NCBI GenBank assembly: GCA_016191235.1
Contig: JACPOZ010000013.1
Coordinates: forward strand, 1,400 to 65,399
DNA length: 64,000 bases
Reading direction: 5' to 3'
Source: Gammaproteobacteria bacterium
GTDB lineage: Bacteria; Pseudomonadota; Gammaproteobacteria; Ga0077554; Ga007554
The notes beneath the pieces were generated by a model, which was not told where the DNA came from, ran no database searches, and worked only from the letters and a program-made list of their open reading frames with translations. Each line of letters begins with the position of its first letter. Within the stretch, counting starts at the first letter, position 1. Both the position numbers and the translations under genes were made by a program. Of the stretch, positions 29,183 through 39,448 are shown piece after piece.

Positions 29183-29257
29183 TCGGGTCCGCTGCGCTTG
29201 ACCCGACCTACATTCTTGCATCCCCTCACCCTGGCCCTCTCCCCGGCGGGGAGAGGG
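29183..29257. repeat. two different REP-like hairpins in the nrdA-nrdB spacer
   Basis: TCGGGTCCGCTGCGCTTGACCCGACCTAC belongs to the GGGTC…GACCC family. CCCTCTCCCCGGCGGGGAGAGGG belongs to the CCTCTCCCC…GGGGAGAGG family. Confidence 0.75.
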
Positions 29258-29284
29258 GATGTCTTTGGGGAAGGGCAGACTTGC

Positions 29285-32167
29285 TTACTGGCACGCCTCA
29301 CACTCAGGGTTGTCAATCGCGCACACTTGCGGCAAGGCGCTCACGGCGTTCAGTGCGCCATCGGTGATGGTGGTTTTTTCCGACGCCGTTGCACCCATGC
29401 TACGCAAGTAGTAAGTTGTTTTGAGGCCTTTGATCCAGGCGTGGCGGTACAGTGTGTCGAGTTTTTTGCCGGAGGGCTCGGCCATGTAGAGGTTGAGCGA
29501 TTGGGACTGGTCGATCCATTTCTGGCGGCGGCTGCCGGCATCCACGAGCCAGGACGAGTCAACCTCGAAGGCGGTGGCGTACAGGGTTTTGAGGTCCTGG
29601 GGAATGCGGTCGATGCGCTGCACACTGCCGTCGAAATATTTGAGATCGTTGACCATCACGGAATCCCACAGCTTGCGTGCTTTGAGGTCGCGTACCAGGT
29701 AGGGGTTCACCACGGTGAAGTCACCCGACAGGTTGGATTTCACGTACAGGTTTTGGAAAGTGGGCTCGATGGACTGGCTCACGCCGCAGATGTTGGAGAT
29801 AGTGGCGGTAGGCGCAATCGCCAGGCAATTGGAGTTGCGCATGCCGACGGTTTTTACGCGCTCGCGCAGGCTGTCCCAGTCCAGTGTCGAGGACTCGTCG
29901 CATTCCAGATAGCCGCCGCGCGCTTCGCGCAGCAGTTTGATGGAGTCCAGGGGCAGTATGCCCTTGCTCCACAGCGAGCCCGTATAAGTGGAGTAGCTGC
30001 CGCGTTCCTCGGCGAGGTCGGTGGAACCCTGGATGGCGTAATAGCTGATCGCTTCCATCGACCGGTCGGCAAACTCGACCGCCGCATCCGAGGCATAGGG
30101 GATGCGCAGTTCATGCAGGGCGTCCTGAAAACCCATTATCCCCAGGCCCACCGGGCGATGGCGCAGGTTGGAGTTGCGTGCCTGTGGCACGGAGTAGTAA
30201 TTGATGTCGATGACGTTATCCAGCATGCGCATCGCGGTGCGGATAGTGGCGGCGAGCTTGTTGAGGTCCAATCCAACTTGATTACTTGCTCCTCCATCCT
30301 TGGAGTCGCATGGTGTGACGTGCGCGGCCAGGTTGACGGAGCCGAGGTTGCACACCGCAATCTCCTTGTCGGAGGTGTTGAGGGTGATCTCGGTGCACAG
30401 GTTGGAGCTGTGTACCACGCCGACATGCTGCTGCGGCGAGCGCAGGTTGCATGGATCTTTGAATGTTACCCAGGGATGGCCGGTTTCAAATACCAGGCTC
30501 AACATCTTGCGCCACAGGGTGAGGGCGGGCAGGCGCTTGGTGTTCTTGATCTCGCCGCGCGCGGCCTTTTCCTCGTAGCGGGCGTAGGCCGCTTCGAAGG
30601 CCTGGCCATAGAGGTCGTGCAGGTCGGGAACATCGTTTGGCGAGAACAGTGTCCAGTCGCCATTCTCATGGACGCGCTTCATGAACAGATCCGGCACCCA
30701 GTTGGCGGTATTCATGTCATGGGTGCGGCGGCGCTCATCGCCGGTATTCTTGCGCAGTTCCAGGAATTCCTCGATGTCGAGATGCCAGGTTTCGAGATAG
30801 GCGCACACCGCGCCCTTGCGTTTGCCACCCTGATTGACAGCCACGGCCGTGTCGTTGGCGACCTTGAGGAAGGGCACGACGCCCTGCGACTGGCCGTTGG
30901 TGCCCTTGATGCGGGCGCCCATGGCGCGCACGCGGGTCCAGTCATTGCCCAGGCCACCGGCGTATTTGGAGAGCAGGGCGTTGTCACGGATGGCGGTGAA
31001 GATACCATCCAGATCGTCCGGGATCGAGGTGAGGTAGCAACTGGAGAGCTGCGGGCGCAGCGTGCCGGCGTTGAAAAGCGTGGGCGTCGAACTCATGAAG
31101 TCGAAGCTCGACAGCAACTGATAGAACTCGATGGCGCGCGCCTCGCGGTCGATCTCATTGATCGCCAGACCCATCGCTACACGCATGAAAAACGCCTGTG
31201 GCAGCTCGAAGCGGTGGCCGTTGGAGTGCAGGAAATAGCGGTCGTAAAGGGTTTGCAGGCCCAGGTAGCTGAACAGCATGTCGCGCTCGGGGAGCAGGGC
31301 GCGGCCCAGCTTTTCAAGGCTGAATTCCTTGAGGCGCGGATCGAGCAGTTCCAGTTCGATGCCGCGCTGTACGTAATCAGAAAAATATTGGGGATAGCGC
31401 TCGGCCATTTGCGCAGCGGTGGCGGCTGACGGGGAGCCCGCCACAAAGCTGAGCGCCTCGCGGCGCGAGTCATCGAGCAGCAGACGCGCGGCAACGTAGG
31501 TGTAGTTGGGTTCGTTTTCAATCAGGGTGCGCGCTACCATTACCACGGCGCGGCCTACATCCTGCTCGGAAACGCCGTCGAACAGGTTACGCTGTACATC
31601 GTCGAGGATTTCGTTGGGGGCTACGCCGTCTAGATTGCGGCATGCCTCGGTCACAACCGTGGTGAGGCGCGCAACATCCAGCGGACGCAGACTACCGTCC
31701 GCCATCGTTACATGGATGACCGGAGGGGTGGCCTGTTGTGCGGCGTGGGCGTGCGCACTACGCTCGCGGGCGCGCTCTTCACGGTAAAGCACGTAGGCGC
31801 GCGCGGCCTTGTGTTCACCGGAGCGCATCAGCGCCAGTTCCACCTGATCCTGGATATCCTCGATATGGATGGTGCCGCCGCCCTTCGTGCGCCGGGTCAG
31901 CGAGTCCACCACCTGTGCTGTCAGGGTCTGCACAGTATCGTGAATGCGGCGCGATGCGGCTGCGTTGCCACCTTCCACGGCAAGAAAGGCCTTGGTCAGG
32001 GCGACAGCAATCTTGGAGGCATCGAAGCTGGTGAGCTTGCCGTTGCGGCGAATTACGTGGAATTGGCCAGGAGCGGTGCTGGCCAGCGCCACGCTGGTGC
32101 TATCGCCCATTGACATTCCTTGGGGTGGAATGTGGCCTGTCTGGTTCGCGACGGTATCTGTCTGCAT
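29285..32167 (-). CDS. nrdA: class Ia ribonucleotide reductase alpha subunit
   Basis: 960 aa with an ATP-cone N-terminus, …SNLCTEI… and a C-terminal Cys pair (…CEACQ). Confidence 0.95.
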   Translation of the reverse strand: MQTDTVANQTGHIPPQGMSMGDSTSVALASTAPGQFHVIRRNGKLTSFDASKIAVALTKAFLAVEGGNAAASRRIHDTVQTLTAQVVDSLTRRTKGGGTIHIEDIQDQVELALMRSGEHKAARAYVLYREERARERSAHAHAAQQATPPVIHVTMADGSLRPLDVARLTTVVTEACRNLDGVAPNEILDDVQRNLFDGVSEQDVGRAVVMVARTLIENEPNYTYVAARLLLDDSRREALSFVAGSPSAATAAQMAERYPQYFSDYVQRGIELELLDPRLKEFSLEKLGRALLPERDMLFSYLGLQTLYDRYFLHSNGHRFELPQAFFMRVAMGLAINEIDREARAIEFYQLLSSFDFMSSTPTLFNAGTLRPQLSSCYLTSIPDDLDGIFTAIRDNALLSKYAGGLGNDWTRVRAMGARIKGTNGQSQGVVPFLKVANDTAVAVNQGGKRKGAVCAYLETWHLDIEEFLELRKNTGDERRRTHDMNTANWVPDLFMKRVHENGDWTLFSPNDVPDLHDLYGQAFEAAYARYEEKAARGEIKNTKRLPALTLWRKMLSLVFETGHPWVTFKDPCNLRSPQQHVGVVHSSNLCTEITLNTSDKEIAVCNLGSVNLAAHVTPCDSKDGGASNQVGLDLNKLAATIRTAMRMLDNVIDINYYSVPQARNSNLRHRPVGLGIMGFQDALHELRIPYASDAAVEFADRSMEAISYYAIQGSTDLAEERGSYSTYTGSLWSKGILPLDSIKLLREARGGYLECDESSTLDWDSLRERVKTVGMRNSNCLAIAPTATISNICGVSQSIEPTFQNLYVKSNLSGDFTVVNPYLVRDLKARKLWDSVMVNDLKYFDGSVQRIDRIPQDLKTLYATAFEVDSSWLVDAGSRRQKWIDQSQSLNLYMAEPSGKKLDTLYRHAWIKGLKTTYYLRSMGATASEKTTITDGALNAVSALPQVCAIDNPECEACQ

Positions 32168-32223
32168 ACGCTTTCTCCTTGCGGTTATGGTTGTTCATGG
32201 CTGTTTCATTGCGGCAGAATGAA

Positions 32224-32270
32224 ACACAATCGGTAGTATGCGTTAAACATCTAGGCACAACATAATGTGT
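32224..32270 (-). promoter_or_regulatory. candidate tandem NrdR boxes upstream of nrdA
   Basis: ACACAATCGGTAGTAT (32224..32239) and GCACAACATAATGTGT (32255..32270) match about 12/16 and 13/16 of the acaCwAtATaTwGtgt consensus. Their centres are 31 bp apart. Confidence 0.4.
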
Positions 32271-32351
32271 TTAATGGGGGATTGCAAGGCGTTTTGCGAG
32301 GGTGTTTGTTAAGAGCTTGAAGCGGTGGGAATTTCAGTACTTTTGACCTGA

Positions 32352-33269
32352 TCAGGCGGGCTGAATACCCGCCAATGTGCGGAAGGAAGTCTCCGTGGCG
32401 GTCTCGATAAAGTCCCGCACATAAGGTGTGTTGCGGTCATCCGTGCGTAGCGCGGCGTAGAGCGTGCCCCATAGCCCCTGTTTCCCTAATGGCCGTGCAG
32501 TGACGTAATCCTGCTCCAGATAATCAGTCAATACCCAGTTGGGGAGGGCTGCCACACCGCGTTTGCTTGCCACCAGTTGCAGGATGATCAATGTCAGTTC
32601 GGCGGTGCGCCGCCCGGCAGGTTCGATGCCCGCAGGTTCCAGAAAATGGCGGAAGATATCGAGGCGCGAGCGATCCACCGGGTAGGTGATGAGGGTCTCG
32701 GTGGCGAGGTGCGGCGGCTCAATCCAGGCATGGCTGGCGAGTGGGTGGTCTTTAGCCAGGGTGAGCAGGGCTTCATAGCGGAACAATGGTTCATAGATGA
32801 TGCCTGCGATTTCCTGAGGGTCTGAGGTGATAACCAGATCAATGTCGCCACGGACCAGCGCGGGCAGGGGGTCGAAACTGAAACCGGTGGACAGGTCCAT
32901 CTCCACTTCCGGCCAGTGGTCACGGTAGCTGTCGATGGTCGGCATCAACCATTCGAAACAACTGTGGCACTCGATGGCGATGTGCAAACGCCCGGTTTCA
33001 CCACCTGCCAGGCGCGCCAGCTCACGCTCCATGGCTTGCACCGCTGGGACAACCTGTTCGGCGAGTTCGAGCATGCGTGTACCGGCGGGCGTGAAGCGCA
33101 GGGGGCGGCTTTTGCGCGCAAACAGCGTGCAGTTGAACTGCTCTTCCAGCGCCTTGATCTGATGCGACAGGGCCGATTGCGTCAGATGCAGGCGTTCGGC
33201 GGCGCGGGCGAGGCTGCCGCTGTCGCGGATCACTCTAAGCGTATAAAGATGGCGGACTTCCAGATACAT
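32352..33269 (-). CDS. metR: LysR-family transcriptional activator MetR
   Basis: N-terminal wHTH (…LARAAERLHLTQSALSHQIKALEEQF…). It is divergent from metE. Confidence 0.85.
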   Translation of the reverse strand: MYLEVRHLYTLRVIRDSGSLARAAERLHLTQSALSHQIKALEEQFNCTLFARKSRPLRFTPAGTRMLELAEQVVPAVQAMERELARLAGGETGRLHIAIECHSCFEWLMPTIDSYRDHWPEVEMDLSTGFSFDPLPALVRGDIDLVITSDPQEIAGIIYEPLFRYEALLTLAKDHPLASHAWIEPPHLATETLITYPVDRSRLDIFRHFLEPAGIEPAGRRTAELTLIILQLVASKRGVAALPNWVLTDYLEQDYVTARPLGKQGLWGTLYAALRTDDRNTPYVRDFIETATETSFRTLAGIQPA

Positions 33270-33296
33270 TCGACAGTTTATGAAAAACCATTAACA

Positions 33297-33309
33297 TGAA
33301 TAATATTCA
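33297..33309. promoter_or_regulatory. MetR-type operator TGAA-N5-TTCA
   Basis: TGAATAATATTCA read at 33297..33309 in the metR-metE divergent spacer. Confidence 0.6.
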
Positions 33310-33414
33310 AGTTTAACATTAAAAAATAGAAATTGATTCATGTCTTGATTGCCATCACACTTTGCGGCATCGCAGTAAACGCGAATACCTGAAAAAATTT
33401 AAGGAATTTAAGAC

Positions 33415-35712
33415 ATGACCATAGTACATACCCTCGGCTTTCCGCGCATTGGCGCGCAGCGGGAGATGAAGCGCGCCGTGGAGGCGTATTGGGCGGGCAA
33501 CCTGGATCGCGATGGCCTGGAACAGGTGGGTCGCGAACTGCGTGCACGGCACTGGGCCATTCAGGCGGAGGCCGGGCTGGATCTGCTGCCAGTGGGGGAT
33601 TTTTCCTGGTATGACCATGTGCTGGATATGTCCACACTGCTGGGTGTGGTGCCGTCCCGCTTTGGGAAAGTTGGTCGGCATGTGGATCTTGACACCTATT
33701 TTCGCATGGCGCGTGGGCGCGCCCCGACCGGCGTGGATGTACCCGCCTGCGAGATGACCAAATGGTTTGACACCAATTACCACTACATCGTCCCCGAATT
33801 TGGCGCCGATCAGCAGTTCAGCGTAGCTTCTCACAAGTTGTTCGACGAGGTGGAGGAGGCCATCACTTCAGGTTACAAGGTTAAACCGGTGCTGATAGGT
33901 CCGCTCACCTATCTGTGGCTGGGCAAGATCAAGGGCGCGGAGTTCGACAAGCTGGCGCTGCTCGACCGGCTGCTGCCCGTGTATGGCGAGATTCTCGCGC
34001 GGCTCAAGGGCCAGGGCGTGGAGTGGGTGCAAATTGACGAGCCGATATTGGTGCTGGATCTCCCTCGGGCGTGGAAAAATGCCTTTGAATCCGCCTATGC
34101 CCGTCTCCAGCAACCCGGCCTGAAGCGCCTGCTCGCCACGTATTTCGGTGCGTTGGAAGACAACACGGCGCTGGCCTGTCAGCTACCCGTCGACGGGTTG
34201 CATGTGGATCTGGTGCGCGCCCCGGAACAATTGACCGCAGTACTCGATCAGTTGCCTGCATACAAAGTGTTCTCTGCGGGCGTGGTGGACGGGCGTAACA
34301 TCTGGCGCGCCGATTTTGAGAAGGCGCTGGATCTCCTGGAACCCGTACGGCAGCGGCTGGGCAGCCGTTTATGGGTTGCGCCGTCTTGTGCGCTGTTACA
34401 CAGTCCGGTGGATCTTGCGTTGGAGGATGAACTGGACGGCGAGTTGAAATCCTGGCTTGCCTTCGCCACACAAAAGGTTCAGGAGGTGGTGACACTTAAA
34501 TGCGCCTTGGGCGAAGGTCGCGCGGCTGTGGCAGCAGATCTGGATGCAAACCGCACGGCCAACGAGGCGCGCCGCAACTCACGGCGTATTCACCGGGCCG
34601 AGGTGAAGAAGCGCGCCGCCGTTGTAACACCAGACATGGCACGGCGAACCCATGCCTATCCCGTAAGACGTACCGCTCAACAGCAGCTGGGTCTGCCACT
34701 GTTCCCGACGACAACCATCGGTTCCTTCCCGCAGACCACGGAGATCCGCAATGCACGCCGCGACTTCAAGGCAGGCACGATCACCGGTCAGGAATACACC
34801 ACCGCCATGCGCGAACAGATTGCTTACGCCGTGCGTAAACAGGAAGAACTGGGTCTGGACGTGTTGGTGCATGGCGAGGCGGAGCGCAATGACATGGTAG
34901 AGTATTTCGGCGAGCTTCTTGATGGATTTGCCTTCACTCGCAACGGCTGGGTGCAGAGCTACGGTTCGCGCTGCGTAAAACCACCGGTCATTTTCGGCGA
35001 TGTCAGCCGTCCGCAGCCCATGACGGTGGAGTGGACCGTCTATGCCCAGTCGCTCACCTCACGCCCCATGAAGGGCATGCTGACTGGCCCCGTCACCATC
35101 CTGCAGTGGTCCTTCGTGCGCGACGACCAGCCGCGCTCGGAGACGGCGTTGCAAATCGCGCTTGCGTTGCGTGATGAAGTGTGTGATCTGGAAAAGGCCA
35201 GGATTCATATCATCCAGATCGACGAACCGGCGTTGCGCGAAGGCTTGCCATTGCGTAAAAAACACTGGCAGGCATATCTCGACTGGGCGGTGCGCGCCTT
35301 TCGCATTACCGCCAGCGGCGTACGCGACCATACCCAGATCCATACCCATATGTGTTATGCGGAGTTCAACGATATCATCGAGTCGATCGCCGCCCTGGAT
35401 GCCGATGTCATCACCATCGAGACTTCACGTTCCGACATGGAATTGCTGGATGCGTTCGCACACTTTGCTTACCCTAACGAAATTGGGCCGGGTGTCTACG
35501 ATATTCATTCGCCGCGCGTGCCCACTGTCGCGGAGATCGAGGCGCTGCTGGAGAAGGCCGCTGCCGTGATTCCCGCCGAACGCCTGTGGGTCAACCCCGA
35601 CTGCGGACTCAAGACTCGCAACTGGCCGGAGACCGAGGCCGCATTGAGCGATATGGTGGCGGCGGCCAAGAATATGCGCAAGCGATACGCCGCGCAGTGT
35701 GGACCGCAATAA
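33415..35712 (+). CDS. metE: cobalamin-independent methionine synthase
   Basis: 765 aa: [17 protein letters not shown]…, C-terminal Zn-site region …HTHMCY…, …NPDCGLKTR…. Confidence 0.95.
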   Translation: MTIVHTLGFPRIGAQREMKRAVEAYWAGNLDRDGLEQVGRELRARHWAIQAEAGLDLLPVGDFSWYDHVLDMSTLLGVVPSRFGKVGRHVDLDTYFRMARGRAPTGVDVPACEMTKWFDTNYHYIVPEFGADQQFSVASHKLFDEVEEAITSGYKVKPVLIGPLTYLWLGKIKGAEFDKLALLDRLLPVYGEILARLKGQGVEWVQIDEPILVLDLPRAWKNAFESAYARLQQPGLKRLLATYFGALEDNTALACQLPVDGLHVDLVRAPEQLTAVLDQLPAYKVFSAGVVDGRNIWRADFEKALDLLEPVRQRLGSRLWVAPSCALLHSPVDLALEDELDGELKSWLAFATQKVQEVVTLKCALGEGRAAVAADLDANRTANEARRNSRRIHRAEVKKRAAVVTPDMARRTHAYPVRRTAQQQLGLPLFPTTTIGSFPQTTEIRNARRDFKAGTITGQEYTTAMREQIAYAVRKQEELGLDVLVHGEAERNDMVEYFGELLDGFAFTRNGWVQSYGSRCVKPPVIFGDVSRPQPMTVEWTVYAQSLTSRPMKGMLTGPVTILQWSFVRDDQPRSETALQIALALRDEVCDLEKARIHIIQIDEPALREGLPLRKKHWQAYLDWAVRAFRITASGVRDHTQIHTHMCYAEFNDIIESIAALDADVITIETSRSDMELLDAFAHFAYPNEIGPGVYDIHSPRVPTVAEIEALLEKAAAVIPAERLWVNPDCGLKTRNWPETEAALSDMVAAAKNMRKRYAAQCGPQ

Positions 35713-35798
35713 GGGAGTCCTGACTCCGGCAGGCTTTTCAAGAGCCACCCATTGCTGTGCCCGATGCGGTATTCTTTGCACGAAACAGCAGTGGGATA

Positions 35799-35983
35799 AT
35801 CCTGAAAACGGCAGTTGGACGGGGTGGAGTGTGCGGTTTTCGGGGTGCAGGGCAAGGCGCGACGACGCGGAATGGTTGTTCCATTCCAAGGAGTTGCAAC
35901 GCTGCCATGCGCACTGAAAACCGTGCAATCCACCTCGTAGCGGGCAGCCGTACAGGGAAGCGGTCAACTGCCGTTTTTAGGAT
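35799..35983 (+). other. 185-nt nested-stem element (candidate cis-regulatory leader RNA or MITE) ending 5 nt before the next start codon
   Basis: The outer stem ATCCTGAAAACGGCAGTTG (35799..35817) pairs with CAACTGCCGTTTTTAGGAT (35965..35983) over 19 bp with one G-U. The inner stem GGTGGAGTGTGCGGTTTTC (35823..35841) pairs with GAAAACCGTGCAATCCACC (35916..35934). Internal hairpins include GGAATGG-TTGTT-CCATTCC. Confidence 0.55.
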
Positions 35984-35988
35984 AAGGG

Positions 35989-38139
35989 TTGATGAAGATG
36001 CGGATGTTGGCGAAGATGTTTCTGGTGGCGGTAGCTATCGCAGTTGTCTATGTGTTTTTCACGCAGGATTTAGGCCGCTATTTCACCCTGGATTACCTCA
36101 AGTCCCAGCAAACGGCATTCGCCAGCTACTATCAGCAGCACACGCTCCGCACTCTGCTCATCTACATGGGGGCCTATGTCGCCATGGCCGCTCTCTCGTT
36201 GCCTGGGGCGACGATGATGACGCTCGCGGGCGGGGCTTTGTTCGGGTTCGCGGCCGGCACCGTTGTCGTCTCCTTTGCCAGCACTATCGGGGCGACACTG
36301 GCGCTGCTCGCCGCACGCTTTTTATTCCGGGATGGGGTGCAGGCGCGTTTTGGCGAGCGTCTGCGTGCCATAGACGCGGGGATGGCGCGCGAGGGGGCCT
36401 TTTATCTGTTCACCCTGCGTCTCATTCCCCTCTTTCCTTTCTTCGTGATCAATCTGGTGATGGGGCTCACCACCATTCGCGCCACCACCTTTTTCTGGGT
36501 GAGCCAACTGGGCATGTTGCCGGCTACCCTTGTCTATGTAAACGCCGGCACCCAGTTGGCGCGTATCGATTCCTTGCAGGGCATCTTGTCGCCGAGCCTA
36601 TTGCTGTCCTTCGCTCTGCTGGGCGTTTTCCCCTTGGTTACGAAGAAGATAGCGGATTACGTCAAGGGCAGACAGGCGTTGCGCCGCTATCCCCGGCCGC
36701 GGCGTTTCGATTACAACCTGATCGTGATCGGCGCCGGTTCGGGCGGTCTGGTGACGGCCTATATCGCCGCTGCGGTGAAGGCCAAGGTGGCCCTGATCGA
36801 GCGTCACAAGATGGGTGGCGATTGTTTGAATTCCGGCTGTGTACCCAGCAAGGCGTTGATCCGCTCCGCTAAAATACTGTCCTATGCGCGCCGCGCCCAG
36901 CAGTTCGGATTTAAGAAAGCGGCGGTGGACTATGACTTTGCTGATGTGATGGAGCGGGTGCAGCGGGTGATCAGGACGATTGCGCCTCACGACTCGGTAG
37001 AGCGCTACACCGCCCTGGGTGTTGATTGTATCCGGGGTGAGGCGCATGTCCGCTCGCCCTATGAGGTGGAGGTGAATGGGCGCGTACACACCACCCGCAA
37101 TATCGTCATCGCCACCGGCGCACGGCCCGCCGTGCCTTTTATCCCTGGACTGGAAGACGTGGGTTATCTCACCTCGGACACAATATGGGATTTGCGCGAA
37201 AGGCCATCGAGGCTGCTGGTGCTGGGCGGTGGGCCAATAGGTTGCGAGCTGGCCCAGGCCTTTCAGCGCCTGGGTGTGCAGGTCACGCTGGTGGAACGCT
37301 CGAACCGCATCATGAACAAGGAGGACGATGAGGTTTCGGTCTTCATCGCCGAGCGCCTGCGCGCCGAGGGTGTCATCGTTCTGCTCGACCATAATCCACT
37401 CGCTGTCCGCACCGAGGGGGAAACCAAATACTTGATCTGTGAGCATGGTGGCAACGAGGTGAAAATTGCATTCGACAAGCTGATCGTCGCTTTGGACCGC
37501 CGCGCCAATGTGCATGGCTTCGGCCTCGAAGAGTTGGGCGTAAATCTTGCTGACAACGGCACCATCGCCGCCGATCCCTACCTGCGCACCAACTACCCCA
37601 ATATCTATGTGTGCGGTGACGTCACCGGGCCGTACCAATTTACCCACACTGCCGCCCATCAGGCTTGGTATGCCGCAGTGAACGCCTTGTTCAACCCGTT
37701 CAAGCAATACAAGGCGGACTATCGCGTCATCCCGCGGGTTACCTACACTGACCCGGAAGTAGCGCGTGTCGGTCTCAACGAGCAGGAGGCGCAGGCGCAG
37801 GGTATCCCCTACGAAGTCACTCATTACGGTATCGACGATCTGGATCGCGCCATCACCGAGGAGGAGGCCCACGGCTTCGTGAAAGTGCTCACACCGCCCG
37901 GCAAGGACAAGATTCTGGGCGTCACCATCGTGGGCGCCCATGCCGGTGAGTCGCTGGCAGAATTCGTGCTGGCCATGAAGCACGGCCTGGGACTAAATAA
38001 GATCCTGGGCACGGTGCATCCCTATCCGACGCTGGCGGAGGCCAACAAATACGCCGCCGGCGCCTGGCGCCGTGCTCATGCCCCGCAGGGGTTGCTGCGC
38101 GTTCTTGCACGGTTTCATGCGTGGCGGCGCGGCGGGTGA
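35989..38139 (+). CDS. fusion protein: TVP38/TMEM64 (DedA-like) membrane domain + FAD-dependent pyridine nucleotide-disulfide oxidoreductase
   Basis: The N-terminal 230 aa or so are polytopic membrane. They are followed by NLIVIGAGSGG (FAD), the redox-active GGDCLNSGCVPSK, a second Rossmann motif (LLVLGGGPIGCE) and a dimerisation domain. The first codon in the track is TTG, with an ATG at 35992. Confidence 0.8.
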   Translation: MMKMRMLAKMFLVAVAIAVVYVFFTQDLGRYFTLDYLKSQQTAFASYYQQHTLRTLLIYMGAYVAMAALSLPGATMMTLAGGALFGFAAGTVVVSFASTIGATLALLAARFLFRDGVQARFGERLRAIDAGMAREGAFYLFTLRLIPLFPFFVINLVMGLTTIRATTFFWVSQLGMLPATLVYVNAGTQLARIDSLQGILSPSLLLSFALLGVFPLVTKKIADYVKGRQALRRYPRPRRFDYNLIVIGAGSGGLVTAYIAAAVKAKVALIERHKMGGDCLNSGCVPSKALIRSAKILSYARRAQQFGFKKAAVDYDFADVMERVQRVIRTIAPHDSVERYTALGVDCIRGEAHVRSPYEVEVNGRVHTTRNIVIATGARPAVPFIPGLEDVGYLTSDTIWDLRERPSRLLVLGGGPIGCELAQAFQRLGVQVTLVERSNRIMNKEDDEVSVFIAERLRAEGVIVLLDHNPLAVRTEGETKYLICEHGGNEVKIAFDKLIVALDRRANVHGFGLEELGVNLADNGTIAADPYLRTNYPNIYVCGDVTGPYQFTHTAAHQAWYAAVNALFNPFKQYKADYRVIPRVTYTDPEVARVGLNEQEAQAQGIPYEVTHYGIDDLDRAITEEEAHGFVKVLTPPGKDKILGVTIVGAHAGESLAEFVLAMKHGLGLNKILGTVHPYPTLAEANKYAAGAWRRAHAPQGLLRVLARFHAWRRGG

Positions 38140-38171
38140 ATCCCCCCTTTTTCAAAGGGGGGCAGGGGGAT

Positions 38172-38765
38172 TTAGAGTCGCTCAAGATCCGCCGGGCGGT
38201 CTACGTCCCAGCGTGTCGCCAGTTCGCGCCATGTCCAGCCGAGGGCGTGCAGACGCTGGCGTGTGACAGCCAGCACCTGTTCGCTGCCCCATTCGATATC
38301 GCGGAACAACGCCGCATCGTGATGCCGCAAGCCCAATAACCAGTAGCCGCCATCTGTCGCTGGCCCCAGCACAGCATCCGCCGTGAGTAGCGCCGTCTGG
38401 GCTGCGTGCAAATCTTCGGCGCACAATGTCGGGCAGTCGGTGCCGACGAGGATCACCGCTGTGGCTCGGCGCAGTGCCATGGTGGCGGCATGCTGCATAC
38501 GCTCCCCCAAGCCTTCACCTTGCTGTGCATACAAGGTGACAGGAAAGCGTGCCTGACATGCCGCGAACCAGGAGTGCTGTGTATCAGGCGCACACCATAA
38601 TTCGACATTGCCGGCGTTGGCAGCGCATACCGTATGCAGCGTGTGCAGCATCAATTCACCGTGCAGGCGGGCCGCCGCTTCGGCATCGAGTGCGGGAATC
38701 AGGCGTGTCTTTACTTCCCCTGCGACGGGGGCCTTGGCGAAGACGAGGATATGCGCAGTATCCAT
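38172..38765 (-). CDS. DUF2064-family glycosyltransferase-like protein (TIGR04282-type)
   Basis: MDTAHILVFAKAPVAGEVKTRL… N-terminus typical of DUF2064. It abuts the GT2 gene with no gap. Confidence 0.6.
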   Translation of the reverse strand: MDTAHILVFAKAPVAGEVKTRLIPALDAEAAARLHGELMLHTLHTVCAANAGNVELWCAPDTQHSWFAACQARFPVTLYAQQGEGLGERMQHAATMALRRATAVILVGTDCPTLCAEDLHAAQTALLTADAVLGPATDGGYWLLGLRHHDAALFRDIEWGSEQVLAVTRQRLHALGWTWRELATRWDVDRPADLERL

Positions 38766-39446
38766 TTACAGGCGATGGTACAGGCGGGCCAGGCGCGCCG
38801 GGTCGGCGCCCAGGAAGTAGGCGAGACGCAGGCGCCACATGAGCAGGATGGTGGAACACACGCCGTTTTGTTCCCAACGCCGGCTCGACGTGGTGACCTT
38901 GGCACGCAGGCACAGGGGGCGGCCATGATGTTTTAATGTCCGGGACAGTGCGATGTCTTCCATCAAGGGCTGCTCGGGAAACCCACCCACCGCCAGGAAC
39001 AAGGCCCGCTCGACGAACAACGCCTGGTCCCCAGTGGTGATGCCCGTGAGGCGCGAGCGCAGGTTCATCATGCTCTCCACGATGCGTAGCAGGGGATGAG
39101 TGCCCGATAAGCGCACGTCAAAACGGCCCCAGTGGTGATTGTGGCCGGCGGTGATGTGCGCCGCGGCATCGAGGGGCAGCATGGTGTCGGCGTGCAGAAA
39201 CAGCAGCACGTCTCGCGTCGCCGCGACAGCACCGGCATTCATCTGGCAGGCCCGCCCGCGTGGTGCTGTCACAAGACGGTCTGCCAGCGGCGCAGCATGT
39301 GCCACAGTGTCGTCCGTACTGCCGCCATCCACCACGATGACCTCGTGCCAGGCCTGACGCAGCGCTTGCAAGCGAGTCAGCGTGGCGGTGATGCCGTGCG
39401 CCTCATTCAGTGTTGGCATAATGATGGAGATGTTGCGTTTTCCCAT
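38766..39446 (-). CDS. family 2 glycosyltransferase (TIGR04283-type)
   Basis: …ISIIMPTLNEA…VIVVDGGSTD…LHADT… GT-A fold motifs. Confidence 0.7.
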   Translation of the reverse strand: MGKRNISIIMPTLNEAHGITATLTRLQALRQAWHEVIVVDGGSTDDTVAHAAPLADRLVTAPRGRACQMNAGAVAATRDVLLFLHADTMLPLDAAAHITAGHNHHWGRFDVRLSGTHPLLRIVESMMNLRSRLTGITTGDQALFVERALFLAVGGFPEQPLMEDIALSRTLKHHGRPLCLRAKVTTSSRRWEQNGVCSTILLMWRLRLAYFLGADPARLARLYHRL

Positions 39447-39448
39447 GA

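Noticed and set aside
29168-31429. 753-aa ORF on the plus strand
   Set aside because: It lies entirely antisense to nrdA, whose identity is unambiguous. The translation is Gly/Ala/Val/His-rich low-information sequence, typical of open antisense frames in GC-rich genes. The same reasoning applies to 28287..29126 (antisense to nrdB).
33270-33414. Cobalamin riboswitch upstream of metE
   Set aside because: The spacer is only 145 bp and AT-rich, with no B12-box-like or multi-stem GC-rich structure. It instead carries a MetR-type TGAA-N5-TTCA site.
36598-37983. 461-aa ORF on the minus strand
   Set aside because: It is antisense to the FAD-oxidoreductase domain of the TVP38 fusion gene and has no recognisable motifs. 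The overlapping plus-strand ORF 35757..36872 (371 aa) is likewise an out-of-frame artefact rich in Arg/Gly.
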